From contig CBDBCZ010000018.1 in assembly GCA_965203295.1 (NCBI GenBank), positions 160,001 through 224,000 on the forward strand: DNA of 64,000 bases, written 5' to 3'. The DNA is from Nitrospirales bacterium (GTDB taxonomy: Bacteria; Nitrospirota; Nitrospiria; Nitrospirales; UBA8639). The notes under the pieces are model-generated. The model did not search any database. It was not told where the DNA came from and was given only the letters and a program-made list of their open reading frames with translations. Shown here piece by piece: positions 38,726-53,149 of the stretch (its first letter is position 1; each line of letters begins with the position of its first letter). The translations under genes and the position numbers were made by a program.

Positions 38726-40804
38726 TTAATTCATTCACTTGCGAAGCCCCACAATGTCCTGCATTAAATTAATCAGATGCACATTCACTCGCGAAGGCTC
38801 ACCCCTGTGTTATAAACTAGTTTTTATCTTCTTTTAGGTATCATGTATTATTACAGAAATGTCTTCATTATTCCATCCACCAGGCAGACCAGACTTTGGC
38901 TGTTTGGTCTACCTGGTGGATGGAACGTACATACTGAGCATTATTGTATATTGTTTTCTTTTGCACTTAGGCCACAGGCTACGTGATATATCACGACAAA
39001 GAAAATGGTGTAATAAGCGTGAAGTGCTACGGATATGCAGCAGTTAATTCTAGGGAATCATTGTCATTGCACTTTGTACACCAACTTATTCCATTTGTTG
39101 GAGCCTTAAGTAGTACATTCTCTAAATCCATCTGTTGGTGGAGAGTAGAATGGATAATCTGTTGCATTTCTACTGCTTGGCGTTATCCCGAGTACACAGT
39201 TTTGAGTGTCTTGATCTGATCTTTTTTGCTGTTTGGCTCATGAGCCTCTTTCTGGTCTTTTTTTGCCTGTTCCAGTCAGGCCATGTGGCTCAAGCTCCTT
39301 CACATACTCTCTCTGATCAGTAGTATATCCTCATTTTGGTATATTACTTCAGTGGCCATGCCATCCCAGTTTATGTCCCATGGACGCTATATCAAAACAC
39401 AACAAACCAACCAGTAGCTAAGTGCAGCATGCATGTGTTTGCTTACTGGGCATAATAAAATTTAGCCTCTGAACTTCTGCCCTTAGATGTCTGTTGTCTT
39501 GGTATTGTTCTTGTAATAATTGGTGTCACCGTTCCACCTGCCTCTAGTTTGATATATAATGCACAGAGGACCGACCACACTCACACACACTTTGATTGTG
39601 TACATGTACAGTGTACGTGTAAACACTATGTACTATATACCTACATACCTCTTCAACACAGCTGTCGTTCAGGGCAGGTAGATGTGGTATGAGGCACACA
39701 TCCTGGTACAACCTGATCCTCCACTGTTACTGTACTGTCCTTGTGGAGTTCAGTGGGGGCTTAATCTTCTAATTTGCATGTCCAGACCCTCCAGTGGCAA
39801 GTGGGTGGAGGGTAAGCTTTGGAGACCTTGCACTTGCAGCTGTCTGTTGTACTGTCCAAACAGCAGCTGTTCAGCTACATAGATTACAAATAGGCTTCTT
39901 TGTGGGAAAATGTTCAGAGGGTGGCAAGGCTAGATTTTAACACTTGTGCAGTGTGTGTATAGCTGCCGTCTGAAGTTCACCTCTGAAACTAGCTGTTGTG
40001 CCCTACTTAAGACTTAGAGTAAATTGCTGGTTGTAGTAATTTCAGTATAGGATACATGCATGTAAATAAATCACTCAATTAATCAATGAAAGTTGAGCTA
40101 AAGTGGTGATTGGTGGAGGTGGTGGTGAGGGTGGCGGTGATAATGGCTGAGGTGGTCGCGACATAGGAGCTGGCGGTGGACAGTTTTCATTAGGCGGGAC
40201 TATTCTGTCCAAGTCTCTCAACTGTGATATAGAAAGAATAATCATATCATCGCTTACTATTTGGGTTAATTCCCTTTCCTTAAATTCTCTTGCTTGAGCC
40301 ATAACAATGGGTCAATCCCTCCTTAAATCAAAGTTTATCAAACACATAATAATCCGAATGGTAGCTGCACCAGGTAAGCATTGAACATGAAGTCAGCAGG
40401 AAATCGGTGTGTTTCACAATTTTGTTTATGACCCTTCCAGCGACATTGTAAACAGGTATGGCTATTGTTAAAGCGGTAACTCCCGTTCATACATTATTGA
40501 GAAGTCTTCGTTTCCAACTGGCAGACCAAATAGAACGTCGGGGATAGAGCAACTGTCAGTCTGTCTAAATTTCTGTCGGCAAAATCCGTCCCAATCCGGC
40601 ACTGTGCGCGGCGCGTAGGGTTCAGAAAACAGTCTGCACACATCCAGCAATCATCTTTTCAGTTTGTGACAGTTCAAGTCTTGTAATACCACCGCTACGC
40701 GAAGGAAAAACGCTAATGTCTGTAGCCGCTTCTGTGCACACGAGGTCTCACGGAAATAAATTAGGTAACGTGATCGTCGTCGCGACGCAATTTCCGGTGT
40801 TAAT

Positions 40805-42545
<1,741 letters not shown>

Positions 42546-42653
42546 AGTTACATAAAAAGCATACAGAAAGAAGTTGAGAATACAGAATTGGTATGACACA
42601 ACGGTTCCATTTACTGTCACACCTGCAGTAATTATGTTCAAATTGTAGTTTAA

Positions 42654-43239
42654 CCCTTTGAGCGCGATACTTGATTATTCATAACTTCCGCGTCACGCGG
42701 AAGCCAATTTAATTTTTGTCTACGTTGCATGTGCTCGCAGTTTTGTCGAGTTGTAGGCTATTTTCCGTGCTGATCGGCAACACTGGAAGCCAGGGAGTGT
42801 AAAACTATCGTTGTTTAGTGTGTAGCTGGTGTACTAAAGTCCCTACTAATGCAGAAGAGCGAATACAAACGGCAGCACTAAAGCTAACCTTGGTAGTCGC
42901 CATTTTCGTGTGTCTGTCCCCTCAACTACAGTGGTGAGTCGCTTCTGTTACTTTGTGCCGGTTCTGTTACTAAGTGCTGGATCTGTACCTAAGGCCTCGT
43001 GCTCTGACTGCAGCCATACTCAGCGTTTTTGGCTTCAAAAGCCTTGTAGACGCTACCCGCGCCTTTGCCGCGTACTAACTGTGCTACACAACTAAGCGTC
43101 AAGTGAACGCTTCGAACGACTTGTGACGGGGGTGGAGCTTTAGATCGATTGCTAAAGACCGTGGGGTTAAAGTGTCATGCGTGCCATAAAATTGGAAGGG
43201 TCTGATGAGCGTATATATACGCTCGCCGCGTTCAAAGGG
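42654..43239. mobile_element. MITE family 3, copy c (586 bp)
   Basis: TTAA at 42650-42653 and 43240-43243. Same TIRs; deletion near the right end. Confidence 0.95.
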
Positions 43240-43844
43240 TTAATGTAACCAGTGATACATACATGGCAGGATGATGGCTACAGGGCTCGTATCACAACAT
43301 ACTGAAGGCACACTCTGTTCAGCCAGTGCCTTCCCTTTCGGAGGACTCTCCCTCTCTTGGCTCAAGCTCTCCTAGTTTATATTGCAGAATTGTAAATCAA
43401 TGTAACTAGCAATACATACACTGCAGGATTAGCTTCAAGTACATGTGGACCTTCATGACGGCTACAGGGATCTATCAAAACTTACTGAAGGCAGATTCCG
43501 ATCAGCCAGTGCCTTCCTTTTTGGAGGACTCTCCCTCTCTTGGCCCAAGCTCTTCCGTTTTCTTCGGTTCTATAAGTATTCAAAGGTTGTAAATAGGTAA
43601 CACCAGCAACAGGTTTTGCCCACCTTATTATTATGTCACTGGCAAGCTTGTGATCGTGCCATTAGCATTCTTCCCTTTCTATTATTACATCAGAGAACTT
43701 GTCTCGTCTACAGGCCCTTCAGTGTCCGCATATTTGTTGTGAAGCTTGGCAGGCTTACTAACAGGTTAGGCACGAACAAGTTGAACGGGACACTTCAACA
43801 TCACAGTATAGTTAAAGTAGATATTTATGATGACAGGGGCACTC

Positions 43845-46560
43845 AAAGACCTAAAGGCCAGAGATGACATAGTTATTAATAAAGCCGACAAGGGCTCCAC
43901 CATTGCCATCCAGGATATAGACAGTTAGCTAACCGATGGGCTAAAACATTCTATAGACACCTGCAAAAAGACTCTACCACAGAAATTAAGAGGGACATCT
44001 GCCTAATGCTCTAGCACCTCCAGAGAGCTGAAATGCTTGACAGAAATATGACGGAATTCCGTAAGCCTCCTAAAAAGCACAGAACTTCCCAGCTGTATTT
44101 TCTAAAGCAAATACACAAGAATCCCATGGGAATTAGACTAATAGTCTCCAGTGTTAATAGTGTCACAGAGAATATCTCCCAATTTGTTAATATCTGGCTA
44201 CAGCCTATAACCAAGTCACTGCCGTCCTTCATTAACTCATTGCACGCCGTAATTACGTCACACGCGTGATGCTCCACGCCACAGTTTCTACAAAAATGGC
44301 GTACTAAAAGTTTTAGTACAGCGTATGGCTATTTTTATGCTTACCAAGTCAAGTATCCAGCGAATTTTGCGTCATATTTGTTGGAAGACTACCAGCTACA
44401 GCCATTGAAGGCAAAAAGGGCAGCGGATTGGAACCAAGAAGGGATTCAGGATCGATAACCCGATGCACGGTAAGTTCGACACGGTACTGTGGTCTTGACG
44501 TTCAGGCAGCAAAGATCGACGATCCTGCTGAAGCCCCCGTCTCTCTCCTGAACCAGTTACCATCGTATCTGCCAATGAAGTTGACTACAAAGCCTACAAA
44601 GCCTAACTAACTGTGTAGCAGTGTAGGTAGCCGTAGCTAATCGTCTTGATCGGTTGTATATTTTGCCGTGTATATCCGTTCTATTACTGAGTAGACCGAC
44701 TTTCGGCACAGTTACATCACTATTAGTAATCACTGTACTCAATTTTATGGCTAATAAAGGAAGGGGTTGCCCCTCCTGGCCGATAAATGAACTTGCCGTT
44801 TCTAAGGCCACTTTAATGGCCCGTGGCGTAGCGGAAGCGTTACGTAAGGGCCAATAAAGTGGCCCGTGGCGCGCAATGAGTTAAGGACACTACCGACTTC
44901 ATTAATCTTATTCAATCTGCTCCAATAAGCGAAAAATGCCTACTGGCCACCATTGACATCTCATCGCTGTATGCCAATATACCCCATAGCGAAGGCAGAA
45001 AAGCGGCAGTCACAGCACTCAACAAAATTGAAAACCCAGATCCCCGCCAACCTCCCCCTCCTATAATAGGGCTACTCATAGACGTACTACAGAACAATGT
45101 CTTTGAGTTCAATAAGCGAACAATGTCTTTGAGTTCAATAAGCGAAAAATGCCTACGGCCACCATTGACATCTCATCGCTGTATGCCAATATACCCCATA
45201 GCGAAGGCAGAAAAGCAGCAGTCACAGCACTCAACAAAATTGAAAACCCAGATCCCCGCCAACCTCCCCCTCCTATATAATAGGGCTACTCGTAGACGTA
45301 CTACAGAACAATGTCTTTGAGTTCAATGACAACTACTACTTGCAGTTACAAGGCACAGCTATGGGAACTGCCTACGCCAACATTTTTATGGGCAACCTAG
45401 AAGAGCAACTTCTCTCCAAAGGGTGTGACAAAATCCTGCTATGGAAACGATTCATAGATGACATGTTCGTCATATGAACGGCTCAGAAGCCGAGTTCAAA
45501 TCATACATGGAAACCATAAACGCTCTCCGTTCAACCATTAAGTTCACACATGATGTCACACTGTATAAAGGCTCCAGATTCCTACAGAATGGAATACTGG
45601 ATGTAAAAACACCACCAAACCGACAAATAAACAACTATATGTACACCGTACATCTTACCACCCACCTAAAACAGCGAAGTCCATTATGTTAGGTGAAGCT
45701 AACAGGTACCTACGCACAAACTCAAATGAGCAAAACTTTCAAGAGAGCTTAGAACGGCTCTCTTCTAAACTCAAACAGAGAGGGTATAACCCATCTGAAA
45801 TCGCAAAGCATGTCTCGTCTGTTAAATTTTCAGACAAATCACACAAACTGAGGAGTAACACCCCCACGCAAGCAGATCCTCCATTAGTATTCGGCACAAC
45901 ATATTGTGACCGAATACCCAACATACAGCAGACTCTCAACGACAATTGGAGAGAACTACAGGGTATACACAGGCTCAAAAAGATATTTCCAACCCACCGA
46001 CGATTGCTTTCAAAAGAATCAATCCTTGAGCAACATACTAGTTCGAGCTAAAATATCGCACCACAGCGTTACTCCGATGACCGATCAGTCCAATCCCAGT
46101 TGAAAACTGTCATGAGCAGTGACTCTCACTACACAGGCAGAAAGCCTCCCACATTTAAAGAACTGAGTACATTCCCGTTCAAGCTGTTTCAAAAAGCAAA
46201 ATTGATGAAGCCGTGTTGCAAAAACAATGCAACATGTGCAAAAGGCTTAATTAACCACGGTAGCAACTTGGTTAAGAGCAAAGTCACGGGTAGATGCTTC
46301 CCTATTCAAACAATTGGAAGCGCCCTGACCTGCCAAAGCACCAAAGTTGTATACCTTGTCCGATGTCGGCAATGCATGAAGTAATATGTAGGACAGACAA
46401 CTAAGCCCCTACATAAGCGACTCAACCAACATTTGCATAATATCCGAGGATAAAAGTCCTCCAGAAGCAAACTCTGGTGGCATTTCAATAAGGATCACTC
46501 AATTGAAGACCTCCAGATTATTCCACTAGACGAGCTACTCTTGCTACGAGCAGCAAAACT
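43845..46560 (+). mobile_element. Penelope-like retroelement (RT + GIY-YIG endonuclease), degenerate
   Basis: IVINKADKG, KIH-like KQIHKNP..RLIVS, PSFIKDTTDF (split by a MITE), TIDISSLYANIP, QGTAMG, WKRFIDD, LTCQSTKVVYLVRCRQCMK*YVGQT..LHKRLNQH. Confidence 0.92.
44236..44880. mobile_element. MITE family 4, copy b (645 bp), inserted in the Penelope RT
   Basis: TTAA at 44232-44235 and 44881-44884. Removing it restores PSFIKDTTDF. Confidence 0.95.
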
Positions 46561-46896
46561 AAAACTGCAGCATTTTTGAGTGCTACATACTGTAAAATTT
46601 CGGAGTATGTAGACTTGACCTTAGCTACCAATTTTAGAAAGGGCGATCCCAAGGCTCATACCACATACATGCATATTGGTATGAGTAGCTCTATATAAGC
46701 ATTGCTGAAAAAACAGGTTGGCATGTTTAGTGATACCAGGATAATGAACTTTGGATTCCCAAGCGCTCCCAGTACAAAGTACATGTAAATACATGTAGTA
46801 TCATAGCTAAATTGTTACGTGCTTATCTATTGTGCACACCATGATGTTTATTATAATGCTTGTTTGAAGATGTAATTACTACGTTGTACCTTTTAA

Positions 46897-47560
46897 TTGA
46901 AGATCTGTCGCCAGAAGGGCAGTCTGGTTGCCAACGTCTGGAGGGACAGGAAGCTTGTGTATGTGATGTCAACCAACTGCCCACCAACGGGAGACACCCA
47001 GGTACAGTGGGAGAAGGATGGTAGCAGTCAGATGATCCCTTGTCCACCGAGCATCGTCGCCTACATGGCAGGCGTCGATAAGGCTGACCAGTTGAGAGGC
47101 TAATACAAAGTCAGATCGAAGTCCAGGAAATTTTTACAAATACTTGTTCTGGTTCCGCTTCGACTGTGCCTCTATCAATGCCTTCATTTTGATGAAGCAT
47201 TTTCGCCCGTCATCAAACACCACCACCAGGCAGGCGTTCAAGTCCTTCCGTCTCAAGAGGGACTCATCGGGAACTTCAACTCTCGACAGCGTTACTCACT
47301 CCCTCAATCCATTTATGAGGCTGCCATTGAGAGCACAGCACCACCTGTGAAGCGCAGCCGAGTCGAGCCAAGCCAGGTCTCCGAAGCGGATCATTTTCCG
47401 ATCCATGGTTCCAGCAGCAGGTGTGCATATTGCTGGAATGCCCACAACCATCGCCACCATGAATCATCAATCCACTGCCGGAAGTGTGGCAAGGCTTATT
47501 GTATTGTTGCAAGAGACCCACCAGAGGATGGTCCTTTGTTTTGAGAAATTTCATATAAGC
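46897..47560 (+). pseudogene. piggyBac transposase C-terminal fragment
   Basis: WRDRKLVYVMST, YMAGVDKADQLRG, INAFIL, RCAYC...CRKCGKAYC...CFEKFH. Confidence 0.88.
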
Positions 47561-48142
47561 TTTGACAGATAACTCCCATTTACTATAAAGCTCGTTCTAA
47601 ATTATTTAATGAAAAGCGCTTGTATGATACCCAGGTTTTGCCATCGTTATATACTTTTACAGTATAATATACACTTTCTGCATGCATGCTAAGCCAAGTA
47701 AACAGATTTTTTAGTAAAACTAGTTAGATTACACTATTGACAACGCCTTACGCATTGTTCTTGTGGTCCGATCGTTGCTCCGGTCTCGGTGCTTATTCTC
47801 CCGCTTTCACGCCAAAATCATCAACACCATCAAAAAGGACATTCTTTTCTGCCGCTATTAAACTCAACTTGCCTGTACAAAAGTTGTTTCGATCACGAGA
47901 TACAGCCCCATGAAGCCAGGAGTAGACAGACTACGAGGTAGGGCCAAAAATGTACGGTCACGTGTGACTCAAAAATTGTTACGCAACGGTGCTAACCCTG
48001 CCCACTTTTCCATTGCCACTCGTCCTGCAGCCTGCAGCTCTGCTCTGACAGGGGGGTAAGGTAGTGGCTGTGGAGATATGATCACCTGCCAAGTCTGGTG
48101 TCTGGCGGATCAAAGCTGGCCAAGTGGCAATTAAAAACCTTC

Positions 48143-48739
48143 CATAAATATTGAACGTTTACATTACCGTAGACGTGTGTACACATCACTGAATATGACC
48201 GAGACTCTACCGGAAAGTGATGCTCCAGGGAGATCCCCACTGTGGTTAGTGACGCTCCAGCGAACAGATTCTTTCACTTTAGCACTATTTTCAGGGACTT
48301 ACCCAGGCAGATCACGAGAAAATCTGCAATGAAAAATATCTGTTCACGAACCATTAAAATATATTGCAGAATTCTAGGCTATTGCACAGCACTAGCAGTT
48401 CGAAAATATGGCTAGCTGTCTCCTACAGTACCGCTCCAAGTCTGTGGACGGCCCGCTTGTCCTTCAGGGCATCATTCCCCAGAAAGTAAGTGGCGAAAAT
48501 ATTTAATTATTGTTCGGTATCGAAAATCTGCTGCTGCTTGGCACTTTCCTTCCGTCAATCATGCTTGAATCCGACATCAAATGAAAGCTTGGGAGCTCTT
48601 CTTTTCTATTCTGTATAGAGTTTAGCCCGTTTTTCGTTACAAAGCCATAAACCGAACATACTACCGTCCTCGTGTCGCAATTAAATTATTCTGGTAATTG
48701 ACCGATGTAATGCGCATGCGCAATACGGGGTATAAAGGG
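48143..48739. mobile_element. MITE family 2, inverted copy lacking ~30 bp of one end
   Basis: Reverse complement of 3000-3607. Ends GGGGTATAAAGGG; its TTAA is displaced to 49898-49901 by the LINE insertion. Confidence 0.9.
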
Positions 48740-48740
48740 T

Positions 48741-49886
48741 GGCCTCAACCAGTGCCTTGTTGCATGCCCCTGTGGATTTCCTAGCCGCCAGCTTAAGCTC
48801 TCAGCCCTTGATCGAGGGCCTGCTCTGTCATCCACCTGGAACCTCCCCTCACACCAGCCCGGCTGTTTCTGCCCTTGCCTCTGCGGCTGCCCGGCCAGAG
48901 TGGGAGTGCCTGGATGACATTGACATTCCTCTGCGGCAACGTGCACTCTCTCACTCCATCGATGAGGCTTCATTCCAGCATCTCCTTTCGTCAGCCCCCT
49001 CCACCCGCTCTCGAGCCCTGGTTCTATCATCTGCCCTGCCGCACGCCGGTGATTGGCTGAACATGGTGCCATCATCCTCCTTGGGGCTCCATCTCCAGGA
49101 TCGTGAGTTCCGGTGCTGCTTGCAGTACTGGCTAGGGATTCCCCCTGCACAGCACCTCATTTCCCTGCCCAGTATGCCGTGGCATTGCCGACACCATGGG
49201 TGACCACCAAGTTGGATGCGGTGGGAATGGCGATAGGATCTCCCGCCATAATGCCATCGGAGACGTGCTCTTCACTGCTGCCCAGTCTGCTGCACTAGCT
49301 CCCTCAAAAGAGACCCCCGGATTGGTCCCCAGCTCCCTTTCAAGGCCAGCCGACATATCACTCCCAAATTGGTGCCACGGTAGACCAGCTGCCCTGGATG
49401 TGCATGTGATCTCTCCCCTCCAGCAGCTGACCCTGGCGGAGGCAGCCTTCACTCCTGGCCATGCCTTACATGTGGGGACCCGCCGCAAGCTGGCTTCCAA
49501 CCTCTCGGCCTGCCGGGCGGCGGGGGTCAAGTGCATCCCTCTCGTGGCTGAGACTCTGGGCGGCCTCTCAGAGGACTCTATTTTGACAATCAGGGCCATT
49601 GGCCGCGCCATTGGTCTCCGTTCGAGCGCTCCCGATCCTACCATCACCACCAAGCACCTCTTTGGCAGGGTTGCCATCGCCCTGTGGCGTGGCAATGCCA
49701 GCCTGTGGTTACACTGCCACCCAACTCTCCCCCCTTCACTAGATGGGGTAGTTTAGCTTGGTGTTTTGTTTGTAGTTTGTTCTTTGTATTTTTTTTTCTT
49801 TTTCTGGTTGTTTTTTTTGGGGGGTTGTGTTTGATTAATATTGTATTGTATTGTATTGTATTGTATTGAATGGACCCATAAAAAAA
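48741..49886 (+). mobile_element. 5'-truncated CRE-like non-LTR retrotransposon (zinc knuckle + restriction-like endonuclease)
   Basis: AGDWL..VP...LGLHL...EFR, CPVC..GDHQVGC (frameshift), RHNAI, RPADI...AALDVHVISP, stop at 49756. T-rich/(GTATT)n 3' UTR and A tail. 12-bp TSD GGTATAAAGGGT at 48729-48740 and 49887-49898. Confidence 0.88.
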
Positions 49887-49897
49887 GGTATAAAGGG

Positions 49898-50312
49898 TTA
49901 ACGCAGGGCAAGCGTTGCTTTGGCCTGCAAAGCTGATAGTTGTGTTTTGAAGCCCCCTGTGTTTTGTGTCAAAGTTATCGAATCCTTCATGCTTACCCTG
50001 GGGCTATTTTAGCCCCAGGGACTCACCAGGGACACACTAGGGACGTTCCAGGGACGTTCCAGGGACGTTCCAGGGGCACCACAGTCCGTCTATGCCCTTT
50101 TAACACAGGGCAGGCATTGCTTTGGCTTGCAAAGCTGATATTTTGTGTTTTGAAGCCCCCTGGGTATTGTGTCAAAGTTACTGAATCACTCATGCTTACC
50201 CTGGTGCTATTATAGCCCCAGGGACACACCAGGGACGTTTTAGGGACACCAATGCCCGTTTAGCCCCTTTTAACGCAGGGCAAGAGTTGGTTTTGCCTGC
50301 CAAACTGATATA
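49898..50312 (+). repeat. ~170-200-bp tandem satellite, left block
   Basis: taacgcagggca...gctgata...tgtgttttgaagccccct recurs at ~49899, ~50101 and ~50271. Confidence 0.85.
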
Positions 50313-50349
50313 CCGTAAAGTACGTATTATCCCCCCATGGCTGGGCCAC
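50313..50349. mobile_element. One terminus of a TA-flanked pogo/Tc1-mariner-type non-autonomous element
   Basis: TA + CCGTAAAGTACGTATTATCCCCCCATG matches the terminus at 54985. Confidence 0.7.
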
Positions 50350-50353
50350 TTAA

Positions 50354-50900
50354 CCCTCTCTTGCAACACCCTATTAAATATGTATTTTGTAGTGTACTAA
50401 TTTTTAACAATATATATGTCTAAAAGTATTATGTTATAGCGATAATTTTGCACTGGTAGCTTTTCAGAACAGCCAACGCAAGGATTCAATTTAAAATTGG
50501 CGCGTGTAGAGGCGCGCGTGTTGCGTGCAGGTGCAAAATGTTAATGATGCTAATGTTGCTCGGCGTGGCACATGGTGCAAGCGTGCTCATTTATACATCT
50601 ATCTACATCGAGAACTGCTTGACTGAGTGTTTTTGATGTGTTTGTTGAATGATTTATGATGTTATTATAAGGGCGTATATACAGCTGCTGTTTTTGTGTT
50701 ATGCGCATGTCGATATCAGTAGTAGCGATCTTTGCGGGGCAGGTCTGGGTTGGGATTGCTTTTGCTCGGTTCGAAAACTGATTGTATACTACTATACTTG
50801 AATTGAGCATGTCTTTTTTTCCTGTTTCTATGTCTAGTAGTGTCTCTGTTGTGCGTACGTGTTCGTGCAGCTAACCAACCGTGAGCCACAGGCCCTGGAA
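50354..50900. mobile_element. One arm of a piggyBac-type element (TTAA-CCCTCTCTTGCAACA); inner limit approximate
   Basis: Partner terminus TTAA-CCCTGTCTTGCAACA at 56030-56048 lies in the same orientation. Confidence 0.6.
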
Positions 50901-51375
50901 CGTGCTACACTCTGACTGAAGTGGATTTGATTGTAAGTGATTTTCATAGGATTTTCAGTGATTCCTAGCCTTGTGCCTATGCCTTCATTGTTCAATTGGT
51001 ATCTTGCAGTTGTGCATATTGTGTTTACAGTAGTTACTTGCGGTGAAAACTTAGATCTAGCTATTGCCTTGGTTGTGACGTACTGACTTGGAAAGAGTTG
51101 AGCAGAGGGCGTTCATGAGCTACATGTACGCGGGGATAAATGCTTTCGTCTGGCTGCCAATCTTTTTTGCAAGGCTTATCTGATAGGAAGTTCTACCCTT
51201 TATGTTTGATGTAAAGCTTGGCAAATAGTACAAGAAAGTCGAACGGGTAGCCATCTCACAATTGCTTCAATCCATAGTAAATTATTCACTATGGGGAGTG
51301 CGTCATTGCCACTCCCACAATATTTAACCATGTCATTAGATACAAGCCCCCGAAAATCATGTGGTATAATCGAAA

Positions 51376-52341
51376 ATGGCGAACTGCGGTGCTGAATTTC
51401 GCGCTGTCGAAGCCTCTGGAATTCCGAGTGAAGTATTTGTTTGTCTTGCTGCTTGTGGGGTTGGACGGCTTAAAATCCCAGTTTGGAAGTTCCATAAGAG
51501 TGAAAAGGGCTACGGGCTCTCGCTATTTTGGAGAACTGGAGAAGGAAGACCTGACACTCTAAATAATGCCAACAACTCACCTCAGCATGGGCGACTTGTC
51601 GTGGTCAACGGTCTGAGCAAGAGGAAGCAACGAAGCCAGAAGCGAATACAGGAGTTCCTGCAAAGGAAACGAGCTCGAGCCGAAGTTGAACCAAGGAGGC
51701 CTGATGCTGACTCTACTGGAATTCCAGAAGTGTCAGCTCCTTGCCAAGGAAGGTGTGAAAAGCCAAAATCTCCATCGTGTTCTCTTGGTGCTCGTTGCCT
51801 TCCCGCTACTCCTGCCCCTATGGATTTGACTGGAACTCCAGTAGCTCTCCCTACTACTCCCATCCCCATGGATTTGACTAGATGTCCAGCTGGCACTCCC
51901 ACTACTAATGCCCCCACGGATTTGACTGGAACTCCAGTTGTCCCTCCCACTACTTCTGCCCCTACGGATTTGTCTGAAACTTCAGCCATTAGCCTAACTG
52001 CCTGCGAGTCAGTGATGTACGAGATGAGAGATGACATACCTGGTGTTAAGTTTGTAAAAGGTGGGCAGGCAGGTTGGACTCCAGTTCAGAAGAGTGGGCT
52101 AGACCAAGCCATAGACTGTGAGGAAGGGAATGGTACACTAACAACACCACACAGAGCAACTATGAAGAAGTTACAGATCAAACATGCTAAGGAGGTGGCA
52201 TATAGAGAAATCAGTGGAACCCCAGGCCTATTGTTTAGACGAGGAAATACCCGCCATAGCTATGAATGGTTACCTGTAGTCCCGAGTCCAATTGCTAGCC
52301 GAACTAGAAATAGAACAGTTACTGTTATCGACAGTTCTTGA
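51376..52341 (+). CDS. Intact intronless 321-aa orphan protein
   Basis: ATG in aaaATGG context. Basic patch KRKQRSQKR, 17-aa PTDLTGTP repeats, duplicated YExxxxxPGxxF...WxPV motif, C-terminal SPIASRTR. Followed by a stem-loop and (TATTC)n. Confidence 0.75.
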   Translation: MANCGAEFRAVEASGIPSEVFVCLAACGVGRLKIPVWKFHKSEKGYGLSLFWRTGEGRPDTLNNANNSPQHGRLVVVNGLSKRKQRSQKRIQEFLQRKRARAEVEPRRPDADSTGIPEVSAPCQGRCEKPKSPSCSLGARCLPATPAPMDLTGTPVALPTTPIPMDLTRCPAGTPTTNAPTDLTGTPVVPPTTSAPTDLSETSAISLTACESVMYEMRDDIPGVKFVKGGQAGWTPVQKSGLDQAIDCEEGNGTLTTPHRATMKKLQIKHAKEVAYREISGTPGLLFRRGNTRHSYEWLPVVPSPIASRTRNRTVTVIDSS

Positions 52342-53149
52342 AGTTGTAATTGTATGCTGTCTCCTAGGTCATTTTGGCCTGCTGTCCTTGGGAGACGTTA
52401 AAATATTCTATTCTATTCTATTCTACATGTGCAAAACAGTGGATACCAAGCCACTTGTTTTGGGTAGGTGTGGCCTGGGTACGAGGCTAGGCGGGCTAGA
52501 GCTCCCCATTTTCCAAGCAGAGGGTGCATAGCCCCTCCCCCCCCCCCTTTGATAAGTTGCAGGGAACATGTACTCTACGGTATATCACATGGAATTGATC
52601 ATGTAGGAGATTCCTTTCAGATGTCCAAGCTACTGGTTCCGTACTGTGCAGCAGTGTCTCTGTAAAGAGCCCTGCTAGTGAACTGTAATCGCAGGAGCAT
52701 AGCTAAAAGTTTGACTAATTAGTCCTAAGACTACACAACTACCAAATAGACACTCGAATGTTCACACCAGGACAGCTTGAGTTAATTACAAGTAGACTAA
52801 TGAAGATCTATTGCGGACGGCACATGAAGGCAAGGAGGGATTTTAGTTTTAGACTAGGGTGGAGAGGCCTCAGAATAAGGCCGGGGGATAGTCGTGGTCT
52901 GGGCACGAGACTAGCCGGGGGAAGATTAAGATTGAAAACTTACCGGAAGTGTTTATAAATAGAATGCGCTCTGATTTGAATCCAAGTTTATTAGTTTCTA
53001 GTCTCAAGTTTATTAGTGTCAAGTTTCAATTCGGGGGGGGGGGGGGGGGGGGGAGGGGGGAGGGGGGGGGGGACGCCAGAGGCTGCATTCACAGTCTCCA
53101 CACACACACTTATCAAAATTAATATAAGTAAGAATCTTGTGATGCAGCA

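Noticed and set aside
46897..48739. Transposase fragment and MITE-2 end forming one autonomous element
   Set aside because: The 48.1-kb segment includes the inner palindrome from the opposite MITE end, so it is a nearly whole MITE copy.
52355..52400. Hammerhead or HDV ribozyme
   Set aside because: No CUGANGA/GAAA core or nested pseudoknot recognised; treated as a simple stem-loop.
52468..52913. MITE bounded by ggcctgggtacgaggcta and ggtctgggcacgagacta
   Set aside because: Both motifs are in the same orientation; they are isolated ends with no partner TIRs found.
53033..53072. Functional G-quadruplex or poly-Pro exon
   Set aside because: Homopolymer-like run, error-prone in assembly, with no supporting context.
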